Positions 41,721 through 53,542 of a stretch of 64,000 nucleotides of DNA are shown here, one piece after another. Within the stretch, counting starts at the first letter, position 1. Each line of letters begins with the position of its first letter. The DNA comes from Priapulus caudatus (Eukaryota). The stretch is taken from positions 592,999 to 656,998 of the forward strand of contig NW_014577077.1 of assembly GCF_000485595.1 (NCBI RefSeq). Direction: 5' to 3'. The position numbers and the translations under genes were made by a program. The notes beneath the pieces are model-generated. The model saw only the letters and a program-made list of their open reading frames with translations, searched no databases and had not been told where the DNA came from.

Positions 41721-43389
41721 GAGTGTGAGTTTACATGACCCATGCTAACCTAAGTGTTCATGACTGTGTCTGCGTATATACATGGCGCATCAAGCACATG
41801 GGCATATTATCGCGAAGTTTTTACAGCCAGTGACAGCCAAACCTCGCAATTCCTTTGTTTAGCACATATTTCGAAATGGTTTTTCTTAAAACATTTTCTC
41901 TTCTTCTCGATCTTTAATTCCTAAAAACGCTAAACTGAAATGCACGGTATTTGGTACGAATTTGAGAAATCTTCAGCGTTGAAGTCAAACACCATGGACT
42001 ACATACAGTGCACATTTATCATTTATGAAGCCTTGTGTGAAACCAATTACCTGGGGGTGTGTGTTCTCCCAACGCACCTGGGCAGAGTCACCTTAACCCG
42101 AGTAAGCTAACCCGAGTTAACACTTAACCCGAGTTAAGAAACACGCATCGTCTACACGGAGTTTGTCTTAACCCGAGTTAAGCTAACGGAAGCTAGCGGG
42201 AGGCGGGGTTGACTGCGGTATCCACCCCCTCATCCCGCGGGGTTAAGCTAACCCGATCGAGTTATGACCTCGTATAGACGCTTAACCCGAGACAAATTTC
42301 CTCATGTAGACGATGCTTATTATGTACTACCAATGTTAAATATGGTTCAATCGTTTACAGGTTACAGGTTTACAGGTGGTGATTACAAGAGTTCTCTGTT
42401 AAAGGCTGTCATGTTTGATATACAATACATACAGTTGTAGTGTCTTTAGATTAGCTAATAAGTTAAATATTACAAAATTAATGTTCATTGTGATTTCAAA
42501 GTTAATTCTAGATGCCAGGAAATGGCTCAGATTGCAGGAAAATGCTTCCTTGCCCCTAGAGCTTCTGGGGGCCTATATGCGATCCCCTAAGGCCCCGGCA
42601 GTTTCTGGAGACTATACTAGCCAGCCCCAAGACCCCCGGGCTGTCGTTTCAGTTTTTTTCAACCCCCAGCAATTACACCTCTGCGTCGCCGATATATACC
42701 ATCAAATCCCTTGTTTAAACATCTCGTCACTTTTAGATTATATTAGCGTATTCATAGACACGCCTTGAAAACGTTTACCGGCTCGAATACTTGGAAAGGC
42801 AGATCGTAACTTTTTCTTCGAAATGATGAAATCTTTTACAGGCAAGGGGGGAATTTGGTTGTGTGAACAGTACTGATTTCGGAAAAAGCAAAAACAGGAT
42901 TTCCATGAAGAGCGTCGATATGTCTTCAATACCTATCTACATTTTAGTTCGTAATAGCACATTCGAGGCCAGTTCGAACGTGAATTTAGCTTCGCTACAA
43001 AGAATTCCTTCACGAGATGTTATTGCGCAATGATTGCGTTCGACATGCTGTATGGCTGCAAATATTCTGTTAGTCCGTATAAATGCTATTCCCCTCATTG
43101 AAGGGTATGCACGAATGCTGCCTTATGACAGCATCACAACAAATTGTTACTAGCCAGCGGATGTACATGAGTGTGATCGGGTGTTTGAAAAGGCACTTGC
43201 TACAATCGGAACGATTGTGCGTCACTTATTTGCTTCTGAACGGTAAGGGCAATAATGTTTTGTATTAAAAACACTATCTACCTCTGCTCACTGGGTGAAT
43301 TTACATGCGCATTTGTTATCTGAATAAACAATTTTAGTTAGCTCACACAAAAGTATTTAGCATTTACACATGCAACACACGTGCAACGC

Positions 43390-43575
43390 TCGCTCACTCG
43401 CTCACTCATCCACCTGACCAACCACCCAACTAAAACCCACTCACTCACTCACTCACTCACTCATCCACCTGACCAACCACCCAACTAAAACCCACACACT
43501 CACTCACTCAGTCACTCACTCAGTCACTCACTCACTCACTCATCCGCTCACCCGCTCACCCACTCACTCACTTTC
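43390..43575 (+). repeat. (CACT)n microsatellite with an internal duplication
   Basis: Direct reading; catccacctgaccaaccacccaactaaaacccac occurs twice. Confidence 0.85.
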
Positions 43576-45267
43576 ATTCAAACACTCACTAAATCTCAGA
43601 CGCATGCACGAACTAACGCACGCACACATACGGATATGCAAACGAGACGAACTTTAATATAAAAGTCGCATCAGCGAGACGTTGGGCCGCCGTCGTATCA
43701 GTTTTAACAGTTATTTCATGCTATATCATTGCTGATTGTGCATTACATGGGTGCACATACTCTTGGGGGAATACCCTTTCATAGTTCCCCGTTATGGCAG
43801 TTATTCCCCTCGCGTGGATGACATTCTGCATGTACGATTAAGTCGTTAATTGTGACACCCAGTGTATTAACAGCACGAGTCTTCAGCAACATATTTATGT
43901 TAGAACCTGTAATGTTTATCCTGCTTGTAACATAAAATAACATACTTGAGCTGGCCCGCGTGCCTTATGTGCCCTGCGTGGCTTTCACACTCACACTATT
44001 ACTCCCCAACTCACCCTTTCGTACAAAAAAAATGTTAAAAAACTCTACTAGTAATTTAACGGCACCTATTCCTTTTTACCTGTCCGTTTAAATCGTTTCT
44101 TTGTACGTATAATATTTTTTAATGTTTATCATGACGTCTGGAAGAGTACATTTGTATATTTTCCCTGTTACCACACTACCAAAATAGCATTCACGAAATT
44201 CCTCTCTATATTAGAAGCTGCCGTGCTATATACCACCTTATTAGACCCATAAAAGGTTGTAGCCTGAGATGTCATAGCGATAGAGATAGAAGTCATAATG
44301 CAATAATCCTAATATGTAATACAATAGGCCTACGTGGTAATTACAATAAAAATTATCACGTACGACCCACGAAGTTTAGATCTACTATTAGGCTATTAAT
44401 CTACTATGACGAAATACTACACAGCTGATAACAGGAGATTATATCTCCAACATCCGCTACTCTGCTACGTGTCTGTCCTTGATTGTCTGAGTCAACAGTG
44501 TAGTAGCGGTACATTCCCCCTAAACCGAGGGGAAATAAACACTACGGGAAATAACCTGCACATTTACGGTACTTTACCTTTACGGGTTATTCCCCCGAGG
44601 CTGTTTGTCTGCCTTCAAAAGCTGCGAACCGAGTTGTTATGGGCCATGGTAGTAAGTTCCAGCTAGCAGCAACTTGGTAACTGCATCATCTTCGAGCATG
44701 CAAACGGTTTTGCAAAGTAAGCGAGTAGTTATTATTATTTGTTACGGCATGATTCGTGTGCTACTCGGCTCACAACAGAGATCAAAATTCGTGTGTGTGC
44801 GTGCGTCTGTGTGCGTGTGCGTGCGTGCGTGCGTTCGTGCGTGCGTGCGTCTGTGTGTGCATGTGCGTGCGTACGTGCGTGCGTGCGACCGACGCCGTGA
44901 AGTGACTGAAATATCTCTGTGGCTGAGTCCAGCGCATCTATTCTTAACGTGTTCTTTGTGTAATTGATTAACGACTTGCGAAGACTACGAAGACGGCGCG
45001 TTATGTGCGCGCTGCTATCAGATGGCATTTCCCTCCGCTGCTCTAGCGTTATCACCACAGTGATGATGCAAGAACGAAGTGCATTGAATAACGTCTAGAT
45101 TAATATTGGTGCTTTTTAGTTCACACTTGTCGTTAGCCCGTAAGTGCTAGATGATGTTTTGACATTAAGCAGGATGAGCATGCTCTAATAAGTGTGATTT
45201 AACATTAACACGAATACTCACAAATGTGTTATGACTGATGGGAATAATGGATTAGTATCGATGCATG

Positions 45268-45276
45268 TATATAAAT
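45268..45276 (+). promoter_or_regulatory. Candidate TATA box of the hkb-like gene
   Basis: TATATAAAT about 200 nt upstream of ATG 45475; motif and position only. Confidence 0.3.
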
Positions 45277-45433
45277 CTACTGCAGCTCGTGTCTACTAAT
45301 AGTCATGTTTGTTGACAGGCCTCAAAACCAGCTGCTGCCACGTGGCAGAAAGAAGCAGACATCAACACGCTTTGTTGGTGGCTGTTATTTTTCATCCCTA
45401 GCAGAGCATCACGTTTGACTTTATCACTTTCAG

Positions 45434-46186
45434 ACGCAGAGACGGCACAGATACACACTGAACAGTACTACGCAATGCTACCAGCACAGCCAGTGAAAAC
45501 CAGTGCGCTCCACCCATGTTGCTACGAGGTGCCACCGGCCGTGCCCGCCTGCAACTGCATGGCCGGCGAGAGCAGCTACGGCTGGTTTTGGGATGACACA
45601 TATGACACAGCGAATGCGCACATGGGTGGGCTTCGACCGTTGAGAACGTCACCCGAGGAGGTGGACATGTCGACGGAAGATGCCTCGGACGTCACGTACG
45701 CCGTACACGACGGAAAAACCAACAGCTGGTTACCAACACATCGAGAGAACATCGAGTTGCCACCCACTCCCTCGACACACACGTCTGAGCCCTATGAGGA
45801 TGTGAGTGACTTCGAGAGTGGAATATTCACCTATGCCGATTGCCAAAGACGGCACGCGATAGCGAACACTGTCACACCTCCGCCAGACGATCTTCAATCA
45901 AGAGTACCAGAAACATTGCTGCAACAATATAGGGGACCAAAAAAAGCTCTAATGAGAAGACATTTCGATGAACAGCGGATAAACAATGTGAAAATAGAGA
46001 GTAGAGAAGAAAGTAGTAATCGCATGCATTTGGAAATTGCATTGCCCGAACCTCCAATATCAGAACCTTTGGCTAAACCAGAAGGAAAAGGAAAGGTGCA
46101 TCAAAAGAAAAGGTTTGCATGCTCACAGTGTGCGACAACGTGCTGTAATCGAGGTCAACTTGAAGGGCACCTAAGGAGCCATACAG
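45434..46186 (+). CDS. hkb: Huckebein-like C2H2 zinc-finger transcription factor, N-terminal exon with ZF1
   Basis: Open frame after acceptor cactttcag (first in-frame ATG 45475; true start uncertain). Ends FACSQCATTCCNRGQLEGHLRSHT-G|gtacac. The helix NRGQLEGH resembles recalled Hkb NNGQLKGH. Confidence 0.75.
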
Positions 46187-46296
46187 GTACACAATACATA
46201 TTTATTACAAGAATACGCTAATACCCTGCTATAATTATTTATCGAAAAGGTGGCTACATTTCTCATGCCACAAGGCTATACAGCTGTATAATGTCA

Positions 46297-46692
46297 GGAC
46301 ACAATTAAAAACATCTTTGTTTGCCCTCACCTGACCCAGGCTGAAAAGTTTGGGTAGGTAGGTAGGCTTTTTTTGAGGGGGGTGTTTTTACAAATTCAGC
46401 ATGGTGCCTACATGCTCGGGTGTGCTCGTGTGGAGATACCTTTTATGTTGAATGTTTGTTTTTCTTGGTACATATAATCAAGAGCTCATAATAGAGATCT
46501 CTATAGAGATCTCATTTATGAGCTCTTGATATAATGTATTGCCTGCAGATTTATATAATGTACAGTGATACAATTTGTAAAAAAAAAAGAAAAAAAAGAA
46601 TGGGAAAGATCAATAAAAAAATTTTTTTTAGTCGGCCCCTTTTTGGCGGGTCAGTCGGATGAGGGCAAACAAACAATATTTTTATTATGGCC
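46297..46692. mobile_element. MITE in the hkb-like intron
   Basis: Imperfect TIRs (...TTGTTTGCCCTCACCTGAC / GTCGGATGAGGGCAAACAA...TATGGCC) and an internal GGTA repeat as in 50562-50819. Confidence 0.6.
46479..46528. mobile_element. 50-bp TIR-only hairpin with 7-bp TSD, same family as 28501
   Basis: ATATAAT|CAAGAGCTCATAATAGAGATCTCTATAGAGATCTCATTTATGAGCTCTTG|ATATAAT. Confidence 0.8.
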
Positions 46693-46851
46693 AGGCCATG
46701 CTGTGATATTATTTTTAATATAAAATGATTGTCTACATGTAGTTTTAGCTATTAAATATTTTGCAAATAACGCAGCCTTTTCTGTAGTACAGGATCGAGT
46801 ATTACACCTGTTGAACCATCAGCCTTGAGCTCTTGATTGCTGTCTTTGCAG

Positions 46852-47168
46852 GGGAGAAACCATTTCCCTGTGCAACTTGCAAGAAGAAGTTTGCCAGAAA
46901 GGAGGAACTTACGCGCCACACGCGAATACACACGCGTGAGAAGCCGTACTCGTGCGAGAGCTGCAAGAGGAAATTCTCACGACGCGACCACCTCGCCAAA
47001 CACCAGGCAACACACGACGCGATGTCGCAGCGTCGGACGCACATGTGCAACGAGAAACGCTGTGCGCGAAGTTACACTCGCTCCGATGCACTAGCAAGGC
47101 ACCGCGAGAAGGCACACGGTATCGCCCCAAGACCCTGCCGGCTAAAGCAAATACGTGAATCCAGCTAG
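46852..47168 (+). CDS. hkb: Huckebein-like C2H2 zinc-finger transcription factor, last exon (ZF2-ZF4, stop)
   Basis: tttgcag|GG GAG AAA CCA completes the TGEKP linker in phase 1. Helices RKEELTRH and RRDHLAKH resemble recalled Hkb RNEELTRH and RRDHLKKH; a fourth finger has RSDALARH. Confidence 0.8.
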
Positions 47169-47609
47169 AGCACAGTTGGAGCAAATGATACTTAATGACT
47201 GCACACGTTACGTAGGTATCGAGCACGGTATGGTCCACGCATGATTGATCCATCCCCGTGCAGGCCCAGCCGCACAATGCTCATTGCAGTCAGTGATGAT
47301 GACACCGCTCAAAAAATGACAAAACTCGGATATGGCCAAATATAAAATTCTATGACGTGCAATATGCCCCATGTAAGGTATCTGGTCATCTCAACTTCCT
47401 ACAGGATGCAATTCCACATTCCCATATATTCAAGTGCATAGAAATGCACTGGTCATATGCTTTGCAATAGTGCAATCTCAATATATGTGTAGCCATGAGA
47501 TGTGATGTGATTTCTAATCAGATGTTTATATGTTTTATGTTATATTTTCCATATTATCTTCATCTTTCGTACGCGTAAAACATTATGTATATCTACTATT
47601 GAGCAAACG

Positions 47610-47615
47610 AATAAA
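47610..47615 (+). terminator. Candidate polyadenylation signal of the hkb-like gene
   Basis: AATAAA ~440 nt after the stop, followed by a GT/T-rich tract (tgtggttttttgt). Confidence 0.5.
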
Positions 47616-48176
47616 ACCTAAATGTTTAGTAATTAATGTGGTTTTTTGTAGACAGGTTTGTGGTATCGTATCAGTTTTCTGAGCATGGTATCAGAATATT
47701 GTCAACAAGACTCATAGGATTAACATGTATGATTCATTACAAATCATAATCGGTCGCGTGCCACGGTCGGACTGGGACAGTTGGACTAAGCTCCCCTCAG
47801 TATTTGCACACACAAAACTCTCATTGACAATCAATGACACACATGTCAACTAGACAGAGTGCACTCACGGAGAGTGCATACCTCCGCAAGCGACATACGC
47901 CATACGACTCACGAACACACTCATGTACACGCTCGCAGGCTCGCTGGCTGACGCGCTAATATCAATCGCGCGAACACACGAACACACGCACACGAGAGCG
48001 AAAACACAACCTCCTCCAACTCCGTTGGGCGGAGGTAAATATAGTCTTGAGAACGCAAACATTAGCAAGGTTCATTAAAAAGTTATCATCGGGGTTACGA
48101 CGATGCTAGTCTGCTGCTCAGGAGTAAGGACATTTAAGACACAAGACATAGCAAATTACTCGTTGTGGTTGCCTTA

Positions 48177-48601
48177 AGCGGGGGACACGCCATGCGAATT
48201 TCTTCGCACGTCTGCAGCAATTGTTAAATCACAGCGAAATTCGCATGGTGTGTCCGCTCAAGCGCGCGCGAATTTAACTGCGAATTTCATCCGCACCGAA
48301 ATTCGTCCGAATGAAACATGTTTGATATTTTCGCTGCGGATTTTTACCGCTGCGTACAAATTCGCATCGTGTGTCCGTGGAAGCAAAAATCAAGCCGGCC
48401 GATGTTATAATGCAGCAAATCATTGATCAGTATGCTAATCACATGACCACATGACTGTTGGAGCCATGGTTGGAGCCGTGTGGCGACAGTAGATCGCGTG
48501 AAGTGTGTCCGCTCAATTATGGCATGCGGGTGCGAATATTTTTGCTGTGAATTTCGCTGCGGATATGATCGCAGCGAAATTCGCATGGTGTGTCCCCCGC
48601 T
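48177..48601. mobile_element. PIF/Harbinger-like MITE
   Basis: TIR AGCGGGGG(G)ACACGCCATGCGAATTTC / GAAATTCGCATGGTGTGTCCCCCGCT; flanks TTA and TGA; internal subterminal repeats. Confidence 0.8.
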
Positions 48602-48701
48602 TGAGGAGTAGGGCCTATGCATGCCAGCAGACAGGATGGTATAGACAATTCAAGCCCCCACAAAATAACAAATGATTCCAAAATGAGTAATTACGTATAG
48701 C

Positions 48702-49070
48702 CAGGGTTGTAGCCAGGACAACTTTAGTGCCGGTTAATACGTATCAGTGATTGCATCATTTGCATATATTATTATAATAGCAACATGGTGCTTAGCCAGC
48801 TATACTGCATGTACTGTGCGCTGTACGATGTGATCAGATGACGATTTTACGCATAATTATTGTTGAGATTAAACTCAGTTGTTTTTTAAATTAATTCTAA
48901 GTGTATCAGTTGTGATTATTTGTAGATTGCTCACTATTTTGAAGGTAATTTTACACAAACTCAATCATTTTTGTGCCGGTCAGAAGGATGTTATTTAAAG
49001 CTGCGTGCCGGTCGTCCAACACCAGAGCCGGCTATTACCGACTGGCACCGACCGGCGTAGCTACAAGGTG
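48702..49070. mobile_element. hAT-like MITE with 8-bp TSD
   Basis: CGTATAGC|CAGGGTTGTAGC ... GCTACAAGGTG|CGTATAGC. Confidence 0.7.
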
Positions 49071-49552
49071 CGTATAGCACATCAACAGGTCTATTTTTAT
49101 TAGCACTTAAGCCTCGTCTACATGGAGTCACCTTAACCTGAGTTAAGAAACACGCATCGTCTACACGGAGTTTGTCTTAACCCGAGTTAAGCTAATGGCA
49201 GCTAGCAGGAGGTGGGGTTGACTGCGGTATGCGAGTACTGATAACCACCAAACCCACCACCACCACTTAACTCGAGTTAACGATTTTGCGCGCATCTACA
49301 CGAGTCTTAACTTGGGTTAAGCTTAACCTGTAAGCTTTACTAGTAACTGTGATAATAATTATAATTATACCTTTAGAATATTAATTTACTTTAAATTATC
49401 AGGTAGAATCCACATTTAAAATGGAAAATGACTGTTCTGGTTAGATGTGCAGTAGATTTCTCCTCGTTATTTCCACTAACAAGGATTGTATTCTATGAAA
49501 TGCAACTTTGAGCTACAGTCAATAATCGTGTGGTTTTTAGTATGACCGAAAC

Positions 49553-49614
49553 CCTACCTACCTACCTACCTACCTACCTACCTACCTACCTACCTACCTA
49601 CCTACCTACCTACC
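49553..49614 (+). repeat. (CCTA)n microsatellite
   Basis: Direct reading. Confidence 0.9.
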
Positions 49615-49698
49615 TTATGGATTTCTTTACAACCACGTTACCCTAAACAGACAGACGCGTTGTTTTACGGGCAGGCTGCGTGAGCGAGTGAGACTCAC

Positions 49699-49862
49699 CT
49701 TATGGCGATGGCAGTGTTTCCCATGCGTTTGGCAGTGACGACGAGTTCGTGCAGCAGTCGTATCTGTATGACAGGCCAGCCAACCGAGCAGCCACGAGGT
49801 GCATCCTTTGGATCCAGCGACAGCTTGTAGCCCTTCAGCGTCTCAAGCAGCAAATGGTAGCA
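49699..49862 (-). CDS. TRAPPC9: TRAPPC9 coding exon 8
   Basis: ttctag|[20 protein letters not shown]...[27 protein letters not shown](R)|gtgagt; 164 nt, phase 0 to 2. Confidence 0.95.
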
Positions 49863-50122
49863 CTAGAACATGCACACAGGTCGTCGGTTTTTTTTTGCAA
49901 CAATAACCTATGAACTCTATCCGCTACAGGGAAAAGAGAATGTACAAGAACTCCATAGCATTATGCTAAAGAATTCGCTATCAAATGTGACTGCAAGTTT
50001 ACTATAGCAAGGTTGTAAATGTAACACTAAAGAATCACAGTTAATCTAGGGGTTCATAAGTTTATGGAAATTAACACTCATCTTTTTAGCTACTCATAAT
50101 ACACCGTCGATATTTCATAGTA

Positions 50123-50874
50123 CAGTAAAACTCGCATAAGATGCCATCGTCTAACTCGTCAATTCGCTGAAGTCGTCATGGAAGTCAAAGTCCCGATTTT
50201 CTCTAATGATAAACCCATCTGAATAAACCCCCGCCAACGTCGTCATTTATAAGCCATCATTTTGTACGAGTCGTCGCCCTCAGACAGGTCCCATGTAATA
50301 CAAACAACAGTAGAATTCTATCTGTATGTCGTCATCAGAATTGCCGATGGCGCAGTGTATGCAGTCATGTACAGCGAATTTCTGGTAAAATTATGACTCA
50401 TTCTTTCGCAGAAACATATATATGCAGTCACTCTCCAATTCGTCGAAATGCCGGCTTTGTAAGTCGTCAAAATGACGATATACATGCATAAGTCGTTATT
50501 TTGGTGACTTACACATAAGTCGACAAAGTGACGACTTACACATATATCGTCATTTTAGTAAGGCCATAACATATAGGTGTCGTTACCGTTTCATGCTGAA
50601 AAAAAATAGGGTAGGTAGGTAGGGAAAACATTTTATTTTATTGAAACATTTTATTTACAAACCATGTCCGAAGGATGTGCGATGTGCCTTTTGAAGCAGG
50701 AACTGTCCAATTCATATTTTTTATACTTTAAAGAAAATTGACAATAAAATGTTTAGGGTCGCTGGGAATAAATATGGTCGGTCGGGAAACGGTAACCACA
50801 CCTATATTTTGTTTTGGCCTAAGTCGGCACAAAAATTCTGGCCCCAAAAGTGCCGACTTATGCGAGTTTTACTG
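50123..50874. mobile_element. Tc1/mariner/pogo-like MITE
   Basis: TA|CAGTAAAACTCGCATAAG ... CTTATGCGAGTTTTACTG|TA. Confidence 0.85.
50562..50819. mobile_element. MITE nested in the Tc1/mariner-like MITE
   Basis: TAA|GGCCATAACATATAGGTGTCGTTACCGTTTC ... GAAACGGTAACCACACCTATATTTTTGTTTTGGCC|TAA. Confidence 0.75.
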
Positions 50875-50907
50875 TAGGAAAAACTGTAGTCAATAGTTGT
50901 GTCATAC

Positions 50908-51036
50908 CTGTGCCCATGCTGGGTTAGGATTATGAGGTGCGACACATTGCATTGCAGCAACACGCTTAAAGAATGCTGCTTTTCTCTCCATTCCTATCTG
51001 GCTATAAAGCTGAGACAATGCACAATATCGTTGAAT
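50908..51036 (-). CDS. TRAPPC9: TRAPPC9 coding exon 7
   Basis: ttttcag|[43 protein letters not shown]|gtatga; 129 nt. Confidence 0.95.
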
Positions 51037-51200
51037 CTGAAAAATATGAACGTCCATCTATACAACCTTTAAAATATCAAATAAAGTATTCTTTTAAAAT
51101 TGTCATTAAACCCAGTCCTCGCTTAACAGTGTGGTTACATTCCTGTAACAAGCAACAGCGTGATCAATTTTCAAGATAGGAAATTGATAAAATACACATA

Positions 51201-51775
51201 AGCCTCGTCTACACGACGAACCTTAACTCGAGTTAAGCTAATCCGAGTTAAGCGTTAACTCGAGTTAGCGATTATGTAGTGTCTACACGACAACACCCGA
51301 TAGCGATTATTACCGATTTATTATGCATGCGTGCGTGCGTATGTAAACGTGCGTGTGTGCGTGCGTGCGTGAGTGGGTGTGTACGTACACGCGCGTTCGT
51401 GCGTGCGTGTGTACCTACACGTGCGTGCATGCGTGCGTGCACGTACACGTGCGTGCATGCGTCCGTGTGTGTGCACGTACACGTGCGTGCGTGCGTGCGT
51501 GCGTGCGTACATGTGCGTGCGTGCGTGCGTGTGATCTTACACGTGCGTGCATGCGTCCGTGTGTGTGCACGTACACGTGCGTGCGTGCGTGCGTGCGTGC
51601 GTGGAGGTACACGTTCGTGCATGCGTGCGTGCTTGTGCAGGTACACGTGTGTGCATGTGTGCGTGCGTGCGTACGTGCGTGTGTGCGTGCGTGTGTGCGT
51701 GCGTGCATGCATGTGCACGTAGACGTGCGTGCATGCGTGCGTGCGTGCGTGTGCACGTACACGTGCGTGCATAAG

Positions 51776-51807
<32 letters not shown>

Positions 51808-51929
51808 TTCGTACGTACATCGTACTAGTGTTGCCGCCTATCGTGGAGTTATGTACTATTCGCTAACTCGAGTTAAGCGTCTACATAGGGCCTTAACGTG
51901 GAGTTAAGGTTCGTCGTGTAGACGAGGCT
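51201..51929. mobile_element. PIF/Harbinger-like MITE with internal (GTGC)n microsatellite
   Basis: ATA|AGCCTCGTCTACACGACGAACCTTAAC ... GTTAAGGTTCGTCGTGTAGACGAGGCT|ATA; relatives at 49110-49330, 42085-42310 and 24885-25100. Confidence 0.88.
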
Positions 51930-53364
51930 ATATATACAGTACACAAATTCAATAGGATTTTCATAGAAAATACAGGTTCATTACATATACAGTACATAAA
52001 TTCAGTAGGATTTTCATGTAAAATATATATTATACATTCAAAAAAATAACTATATAAATTTTTAATTAATGAAATAATAAAATAATTTTGTATTGTACTC
52101 TGATGGGTAGCCTAAAATGGAACCCAACAAAATGTAATATATATATATATATATTGTACATATTGTTGTAATAATTATAGTAATACTCAGTAGATAAAAA
52201 TGATTATGCTAATAGAAAAGTGAGCGGTTAGTCAATATTTACCCCAGTCATATAATTTGTTTTTCGCATCAAATTTTCCTCATAATCAGGCGAAGATAAA
52301 CTAATACAATAAAGATAAGACTCATACATTCATTGCACCCATTTTTAACAACTTACGTGTAAATTTTGTTAGATATCTGATGATAAAATCGTATACATCA
52401 GATACATCGATATAGATATTTGCTGTACCGTGCAGTACTAGAGACGGCATAATAGTAGCAAAACTGTGTTGGGTGACAACAACTTTACATCGAATCGATG
52501 GGTCATAAAACGACGTTATCAGAATCATGGGTATTGAAAGAGTAAAGTCATTGTATCGAAATAACGTTGTCTGAGAAAACTTTAAGCAAGGACTGACTGT
52601 GTTAACTTTGTAAAATGATTGTAAACTCCAGACACCAATGAATTGTCATACTGGGACTTTGTTTCATGGCAACATCTTTAACTTATCTAATTCATATCCT
52701 TAACACAAGAGGCCAACCGTCTACAATATAGTAAACAACTATTTCTTCCAAGCAGAATACACACATGCTTCACACATATGAATAATTTTTACCCATGAAA
52801 ACTGTCTTGTTTTACATCATGGATTTATAAGCATAGACTATAGAAGTGTTTACTGTAAATGGTATGAGGCAACTTTCAACAATCCGGTGCACTTGCTTGT
52901 TTCTAAACAGTCACAGATTACTATATAATAGAGTGCTGTCAATCAACAAACAAGGACAACGGATGGCATATATATGAATTACACTTATACATTACACAAA
53001 GTTTTTAGCAATTTGTACTGGTTGTATACTGATATACTACCATGTATATCAGCTTCAAATATTCAGAATATAAATGTGCATCACAGATTTCTGCATGGCA
53101 TCATTTTGATCACTTATCACAGAGCACATGCTTGGGGAGTTAACAATGAACAACAACAACTAAGAACAGAGTCTTGCACAACTCTGGCATTTGGTACGAT
53201 TCTGAGCTCAAGTTGGTTGAATTAAACATATTAATTCGTAGGTAAATTAGGGCCAGTGAACGTTGGATTTCAAATAATTTACCCTTGCACACTCTTTTGT
53301 TTTTATTCACAATATAACACATATCATGCAATTCATAACTAAAATCAAAGATGCTAAAACTTAC

Positions 53365-53436
53365 CTTCTCATCATCAGCAAGCTGCAGGTTGATGAACAG
53401 CACGTTTTTGAGGAACTCTGAGGCAAGCAAGTTTTT
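53365..53436 (-). CDS. TRAPPC9: TRAPPC9 coding exon 6
   Basis: ttacag|KNLLASEFLKNVLFINLQLADDEK|gtaagt; 72 nt. Confidence 0.92.
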
Positions 53437-53542
53437 CTGTAACAAGCAAGATCATTGAAGTATTAGATCTTATTTGGGTAGCTCATCCTGCAGTCTCACA
53501 ACGTAAGATTAGCTGCTTACTGTAGATTATTAATAGAGTAGT

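Noticed and set aside
45305..45377. Upstream coding exon for the hkb-like gene (ATG 45305, donor GTGGCT)
   Set aside because: Phase-compatible, but the donor is weak, the intron would be only 56 nt and there is no homology; left unresolved.
51272..51907. Cys/Val/Arg- and His/Thr-rich ORFs
   Set aside because: (GTGC)n microsatellite inside a MITE.
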